Notes under the pieces: model-generated
What the model was told of the DNA's origin: nothing
Database searches by the model: none
Seen by the model: the letters and a program-made list of their open reading frames with translations, nothing else
Shown: piece by piece, positions 8,473 to 15,800 of the stretch
How positions within the stretch are numbered: the stretch's first letter is position 1
How the letters are laid out: the number at the start of each line of letters is the position of its first letter
Made by a program: the position numbers and the translations under genes
Origin: a virus
UHGV virus genome: UHGV-0191845
Reading direction: 5' to 3' (one strand)
Length of the DNA stretch: 40,236 nt

Positions 8473-9798
8473 ATGTACGACAAGGACAAGGATTATCAGG
8501 CGGAGATAAACAAGGCGGAGGCAAATGCAAACTTTTCCGCAGCGGCGGCAGCGGAAAAGGCGCGAAACGAAAAGATAGACGGCGAAGACTTGGATATGAA
8601 AAAGACATACAATTACACGGATAACCCGGCGGCGGTGATTCCGCAGAGCTATTCGGGGAAGCAGAGCCTTTCGAACGATTACATGCAGCAGGGCATGGAC
8701 GCATACAGACAGGGGAATTACAACGCATACGGCGCATTTACGGACATGCATAATCAAAAATCGAGAGAGACGGGCATTTCACAGCCGGTTTTCAATCCGC
8801 TGTTATACGATGATGTGAACGCACAGGCACGGCAGGATGCGCGCGGCGCGATTGCCGATTACGGGAAAAAGGGCTTTTCATACGACCCGAACAGTGATAT
8901 TCAGTACCAAACGATTAAGAAAATCAAAGAGGACGAGGCAAAGACGGCGGGGCGGAACATGATTGCGCAGCTTGCGGCGCAGAACGGCGGCGTTCTGCCG
9001 GCGGACATGGCGGGGCTTGTTGCCGGGACGCAGCAGAGCATTATAAATCAGGCGGACGCGCAGATTCCCGAGCTTTACAGGTTAGCCTATGAAAAATGGG
9101 CGGACAGCAGGAGCGATATGTATAACCAATACGGACTTTTAAACAATGAAAGCGAGTTCGGCCGCGAAAGCTGGCAGATGGGAAGTCAGAATTTCTGGGA
9201 CAATGTTGACCGCGAGCGCGAGGACGGGAAGTGGGAGAAAAGCTTTCTGCGCTCGAATTACGAAAACGACCGCGACTATAACAGGGGCGTGCTTGAAAGC
9301 GACAGGGATTATAACAGGGGCGTGGTTGAAAGCGACAGGAAATTTAATGAAGATAAGTTCCGCGACAGGCGCGACTATGACAGGGGCGTGCTTGAAAGCG
9401 ACAGGGATTATAAGCTGAATGAGGCGCAGGTGTACAATTCGTATTTAGGAACGTACATGAACAGCGGAAAATATTACAATCCGGGATCTGCAACGGGATA
9501 TGCAAACGCGGCATGGAACAAGATATACGGCGGAGCGCCCGACTATGCGGCGGAGGCGCTTTCGGGGCAGAGCGGCGCGGCAGGCGGCGGAGAAGCAAAG
9601 AGCAGTAAGAAAACATCAAAAAAAGCCGGCGGAAGTGAGAGCGCGGCGGCACTTCCGAAGAGCACGGAGCCGCAGAAGAAAGAACCGGAGAAGATTCACG
9701 TTGACGGAATCGGATACCTCACACCAAAGCAGGCGGAGGCTGCCGGGGTTGTTGCATACATTGACGGAAACGGACAGACGCGATACAGAAAGGGTTGA
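8473..9798 (+). CDS. Putative internal virion / ejection protein
   Basis: GGAGGGG RBS; FSYDPNSD.QYQ and IPELYRLAY motifs, DRDYNRGVLES repeats; precedes the giant protein. Confidence 0.6.
   Translation: MYDKDKDYQAEINKAEANANFSAAAAAEKARNEKIDGEDLDMKKTYNYTDNPAAVIPQSYSGKQSLSNDYMQQGMDAYRQGNYNAYGAFTDMHNQKSRETGISQPVFNPLLYDDVNAQARQDARGAIADYGKKGFSYDPNSDIQYQTIKKIKEDEAKTAGRNMIAQLAAQNGGVLPADMAGLVAGTQQSIINQADAQIPELYRLAYEKWADSRSDMYNQYGLLNNESEFGRESWQMGSQNFWDNVDREREDGKWEKSFLRSNYENDRDYNRGVLESDRDYNRGVVESDRKFNEDKFRDRRDYDRGVLESDRDYKLNEAQVYNSYLGTYMNSGKYYNPGSATGYANAAWNKIYGGAPDYAAEALSGQSGAAGGGEAKSSKKTSKKAGGSESAAALPKSTEPQKKEPEKIHVDGIGYLTPKQAEAAGVVAYIDGNGQTRYRKG
9268..9410 (+). repeat. 33-bp (11-aa DRDYNRGVLES) coding tandem repeat
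   Basis: GACAGGGATTATAACAGGGGCGTG(C/G)TTGAAAGC-type units, about 4 degenerate copies. Confidence 0.85.
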
Positions 9799-9804
9799 TG
9801 CGCC

Positions 9805-12800
9805 ATGGCGAAAAAGGACAAGGAAAAGAAAAAAGAACGGGAAACCGCGAAAAAGGAAGTCCGGCAATCGGCGGCAAAGGCAGCGGCAGAGGGGCTTTCG
9901 GAGCACATATTAAGCGGAAATGCGCTCAGAGAAAAGAAGAAAACAAGCGCCGCCGCGCCCGACCCGACATTCGGCACGGGAACGGTGCGCGTTAAGGCGA
10001 GCAAGGACGGCACAAAGGCAGAGCTTGACATGCCGAAAAAGGCTGTTTCCTCATGGGTGAAAAGCGACGCGGCAAAGCGCATGAGCAGCAGCGCCGAGAC
10101 GTTTGAAAAAGAAAGACAGCGCCAAAGAGCGCAGACAGATCAAAACAAAAGGCTGCGGCAGAGGGTATCCTCCGCCGCGGCAAGTGCCGCAAAAGAGGAC
10201 GCGGACAGTTTGCTTAAAACAAGCTTCAAGGACAGAATGAAGGGCACACAGGCGCGGAGAGTGCCCGACCCGACATTCGGCACGGATATGTTTTCGGACA
10301 AGATTTCGGGCAAGGGAATTAAAAATTATGTGCGCGGAACGGAGGAAAGAGAACAAAGGCGGAAAATCGCAAACAGTTGGGAAAACGAAAAGAAGAATCT
10401 TGAAGCGATGAAAAGCGGCAAGCTGCCCGATACGGAGATAAAAATTCCCGGTGTGAAAAGCATGCTGCCGAGATATATGGGGGAGAGGGTCGGCAAAGAA
10501 GCGTTTGACATTATCGACAAATATGCGACCGATGACGAAAGGCGCGCGCTGCGCAAGGTTTTGGAAACAAAGGGGCAGAACGAATACGGAAAGGCGCTGA
10601 GGGCGGCGCTTCCGGAAATAGGCGCGAGGGGAGCGAGAGAGGAATCAAGGATAAATTATGATTACGGAAAAGAGCACCCGATTCTCGCATCGGCGGTAAG
10701 TGTGCCGGCAAACATGGAGGCAGGCGTGCAGGCATCGCTTGACAACACCGGGCAACAGCTGAAAAAGCAGCTTACCATGATAGGGAAAACGCTCGGCACG
10801 AAAAAGATGAAGGAATATTTCGAGGCAAAGGAAAAGGACGAAAATGCAACCGCGGACGCGCTTATGGAGGGAAGCCTGTCAACCGATCGGCGCGGCGCGG
10901 ACGTTTACACACAGGCATTTCAGCGGCTGAGAAACGTGCAGGCAATGCGAGAGGGTGCGGGGAGTCATTTCGGAAAATTCAGAATGATATACGATATCGG
11001 AATGTCTGTGGTGGACTCGGTGTTTGCAACGGCTGTTGCCGGACCGGCTGCAACGGGAATACTTGCGGCGAATGCGGCGGCAAGCGGAATGATTGAAGCG
11101 GCGGAGCGCGGAGCAAGTGACGATCAGATCCTTGCAACAGGTGTTGCACAGGGAGTTGCGGAGGGACTGTTCGAGAAGATTTCGATTGACCATTTTATAA
11201 AAATAAAGGACGCGCCGGGGCTGCGCGGTGCGGTGAGACTTGCGCTTTCGGGCAACAAAAGGGGCGCGGCAAAGATTTTAAAAACAGCCGGACAAAACAC
11301 GCTGAAGCAAGCCGCCATAGAGGGAAGCGAGGAGGCGTTTACGGAGGTTGCGAACATCCTTACGGACGCGGCGATAATGGACGGCAGCAGCGAAACGCAG
11401 CTGCGCATCCGAGAATATGTGCATGGAGGCATGAGCGAGAAAGAGGCGCGGAAAAAGGCATACATCGACAACGTTGGACAGGTTGCGCTTTCCGCGGCAG
11501 GCGGCGCGCTGAGCGGCGCACTGATGGGCGGCTTCGGAGCGGCTATCGGAAACGGGGACGCAGCGCCGTACACAAACGAAAGCCTTGCCGGGCAGGAAAG
11601 CTTCTACAGAAGTGCAGGCGAGAGAGGGGCCTCCTTTGAGAATGCAAACGCTGCGGACAGTATGCAGGCTTTATCACCGGCGGAGAGAGAAAGCGCATAC
11701 AGGAGCGGACAGCAGGCTTTTGCGCAAAGCGTTACCGACACAATAAAAAAAGACCCCGGGGAGGGGGGCGTTCGGCTGGCGCTTCTGAGAAGCGGATTCA
11801 CCGGGGCGGACGACGCGGTTCTTGCGCGCGACATAATCGATTTTGCGCGCGGAAAAAAGCTGACGGACGGGCAGCGCCGCCGCATGAGCACAAACGACAG
11901 CGTTATGCGCGTGACGGAGGCGATTGCGGCATCGCCCGAAACGATGGAGGCAATCCGAAACAGATACGCGGAGGCGCAAAGCAGGGCGGAAACGGTTCGG
12001 GGAGAAAATAAAAAAAACAGCTCCAATACCGGTTCGGCACAAGAGAGTGCACTCCCCAATAGGCCGGAGCTGTCTTTCAATAACAGTACATCACAGGAAA
12101 ACGCGAATGTCAATGGGGAAAATTTGACGAACGAGGGAGGTTCGCAGCGGCTTGACCCGCGGACGCCGATTGAAGAGATACGGCGGACGATGGGAGAAGA
12201 CGCGGCGATGACGGAGCTTTTCAGGCGCGAAAGCGGACTTTTCCAAACAGCCGGAAGAAACGGCGACGATTTCGAAACGCTGTTTTCACAGGCGCCGCTG
12301 CGAATGGTTGACAGGCGAGCCGCGGAAACGGCATACCGCGCCGGGATAAAGGACAGGTTTTATGCTGCCGGAGAAAACGGCGAAAGCTTTGAAAGCGTTC
12401 GCGGATTCGCGCCCGAGAGAATGCAGGCGGCGGCAGCGGAAGCATATCAAAAGGGGCTTGACAGCCGCGCGAGGAACGCTGAACAGATATATTCCGGGGA
12501 AACGCGCGAGGGCGGCGGCTACGGCAGACCGGACACGAGCGGAAAGCAGCCGGGGCTTGTGTGGAACGAGGAGGCGCAGCAGCTCACGCCGCAGGAAAGA
12601 AAAAACATTGCCGCGCTTGCAAGAAAGCTCGGCAAAAGGGTTTATATTCAAACGGGGCTTGTGACGGACGACGGCAGACCGGCGCTCGGGAAGATAAACG
12701 ACGCGGCGATTTATGCCGACCCGAGCAGGGGAACGCTCGTGCAGGATATTATCGTGCATGAATTTTCACACAGAATGAAGCAGCTTTCGCCGGATTCATG

Positions 12801-15800
12801 GCAGAAATACGCCGATTATGCGATAAACGACCTTAAGAAAACCGGGAGATATGACGGGATATACAGCGAGTTTACAAAGCATTATGACGGCATGGCGGAG
12901 AGCGAGATTCATGAGGAAATGGCGGCGGACTATGCATACAAAATGTTTGATTCGGAGGAAAGTCTGACGGAGCTGATAAGGCAGGACAAGCCGCTTGCGG
13001 AGAAAATCAAAGACGTTTGGTTTGCGCTGCTTGAAAAGCTCGGCCGCGATGTGACATTGAAGCGCGCAAAAAACATGTGGAAAATGTGCCTGACGGAAGC
13101 CGGAAAGACGGCGGAGAGGGGCGGTAATCAGAGCGGAACAAAATATAAAATTGCGTACACAACCGATAATCAGCCTGTTGTGGTAGTTGAGGAGGATTTC
13201 CTTAAGGGGATAGATCCAAAAGACCACATAAAGGAAACAAAGAAAAAACTGGCTGAATTTTCGCCGGGGATTCAAATAAACGGCAGATTTATTGCGGTAA
13301 ATAAGACCACAAGGGGCGAATTTACTTTTTCTAAGAACAGCCGACATTTGAAGGGAATTTCACCCGATGTACATTCTGATAAGATGAGAATTGCGGAAAA
13401 TATTGATGATGCGGTGAAGGCTTCAACCGACTATGTTGGAGAAGCGCCAAAGCATGAAAGAAAGGATAATATCAAGGAGTTTGCTCGTGGAAGTCTGCTT
13501 GTTCAAGTAGGAAAGAATCAGTACGATGCAGATGTTGTTGTCGGTTGGACGGGAGAACAGATGGTTTTATATGATATTGTCAAAATGAAAAGAACATCGT
13601 TTGACATAAAAAAGGAAGCACCCTCGTCAAAAACCGGTACAACGCAGAATACTACGCTTCCCAGTAGTGGAGGAATGCTTCCTAATGATAGTGTAACACA
13701 GCCGGGCGGAGTTGTCAAGGGGGGAAATTCGTCGAATCAAGGAAAAAATTCCGGCGGAACGAAATATATGCTGAATCCCAATTTCAACAAGGCGGTTGAC
13801 AACTGGTATAAAAATTTAAAACAAAAAACAGGGGTTACTTTGCTTGTAGGAGAAACATCTGAGGCGTTAATGAATATCGGGGTAAAAAAACAGAAAATAT
13901 ACTGGGATACAACAAAAATTAACATGACATTAAACAAACACACCGATATAAATATTGATGTGATAAAATCAGTGCCGTACTTGCTGGAAAACCCGGTATT
14001 GATAACAAGAACAAAAGATCCGAAAAACAGGCAGGGAAATAACCGGATTTCGCTTTACGGAGATTTATACAACCGCGATGGATTGCCGGTTGCAGTGTTC
14101 CTTGAGCTTGAGCCTGACAACGGGAAGTTTATATTAGATGAAATAAAGATAGTAAGTACATACGCAAAAAGCGATGCAAGCAATCCCTCGAGCATGGAGG
14201 GCACACAGAGGCAATTGAACAGCCAGCAAATTATAAGTAACAACAAAAAAAGAACCGCAGGTTGGCTGGCACGTACCGGGCTCCAATTGCCTTTCCTCCC
14301 AGCTGATAGCGGTTCTGAATACAGAATACCATACAAAGACAAGATTGTCAAGGGGGAAAATTCGTCGAAATCGGAAAAAAATATGCTGCCGTTCGAGGGA
14401 GGACAGAGAGAATTTACACGGACGGAGGAGCGGCACGCAGGGCAGCGCGCATACAAGCCGACGGATACGATGACGGCGCGCGAATGGCAGACGGAAAGGC
14501 GGAACGGAAACACGGTTGACGCGGCAAGCCTTAGGGAGATTGCGGACATTGTGAGAAACGATTTCGGAATACCGGTTTCGAAAGAACATTTCGAAAATGA
14601 AAATGTGACGGGAATTTTCAACGAGATGCCCGAGACCATTCGGACGGCGGTTACAAACGACATTGTGACCGTGGCGCACGAGGTGGGGCATTTGCTTGAC
14701 AGGAAGCTCGGGCTTGAGGATTCGCCGCATTTGCAGCAAGCCTTTGACATGATTGACCGCGATTTTGCAATGAATTACAGCGGAAAAGAAATAAAGGGCG
14801 AGGCTGTGAGCGAATTTATCAGAACATACATAAAAAACAAGGATGAGGCAAAAGCCGCCGCACCCGATTTCTATGAGGATTTCGAAAGCCGGATAAAGGG
14901 AACGGAATACGAAAAGCCGCTTGCAAGGCTTGCCGACAGCGTGAACGCATATCTTTCAGCCGGGGCAACGGAGAGGATAAACCTTGCGCTTGCGCCGGAG
15001 GAGAGCAAAAAAACGGCGCTGAAGCGTGCCGCCGAGAACAAGGCGAAGATGGGAGAGGTGTTTGCACGGCTTCAGAACGACTGGGTTGACAGCTTTTACG
15101 GAATAAAGAGAACGGAAACGCTTTTACAGGTGAAAGAAAAGGGGAAATACAGTCCATACGTTCTGGCGACAAACAGCAGAAACGCGGCTTCAAAGGCGGC
15201 GTATATTCTTACGCAGAAATTTGTTGACCATGAGGGAAACGAAATCGGAGATTCATTCATAGACTGCCTGAATCCACTCAATTCGAAAAACAGAAAGCAG
15301 AGAGAAAGTAATCTTTCGGAGCTGAACAGATACCTTATTTTAAAGCACGCGCTTGAATGGATTGAGCCGCAAAACGGCGCAAAGCAGAAAAGGGTGTTTG
15401 CAGATCCGACGCTTGAAAACCCCGATGTTATCCGTTCGGAGATTGCAAGGATTGAGCAGAATGTTCCGCAGGTGCGCGAGGCAGCCGAAAGGATTTACGA
15501 ATACCAAAGAAATCTGATGCAGATTTACGGCGTTGAATCGGGAGGAATTTCGCAGCAGACGGCGGACGATCTGAGAAAAAAATACCCGTGCTACGTTCCT
15601 TTCATAAGACAGTCCGAAAAAAAGAAAACCATGAGAGCGCGCAGCACGATTGCAAATCAGAGAGCGCCGGTTATGCACGCTTTCGGCGGCGGCGAGCTGA
15701 TTGTGAATCCGCTTGAGAGCATTATAGGGAAAACGGAAAGCTATGTTAAATTCGCGGCGAGAAATTCGGCAATGCGCGCGCTGACGGACATTGCGGACAG

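Noticed and set aside
13518..13718. Minus-strand ORFs over the nuclease modules (13518-13718, 13737-13943, 14055-14750) as protein immunity genes
   Set aside because: No RBS seen; two start at or upstream of the antisense promoters and run through the terminators, so the short transcripts cannot encode them.
14245..14316. tRNA identity for the antisense RNAs
   Set aside because: The size is similar, but there is no cloverleaf, T-loop GTTCRA or CCA end.
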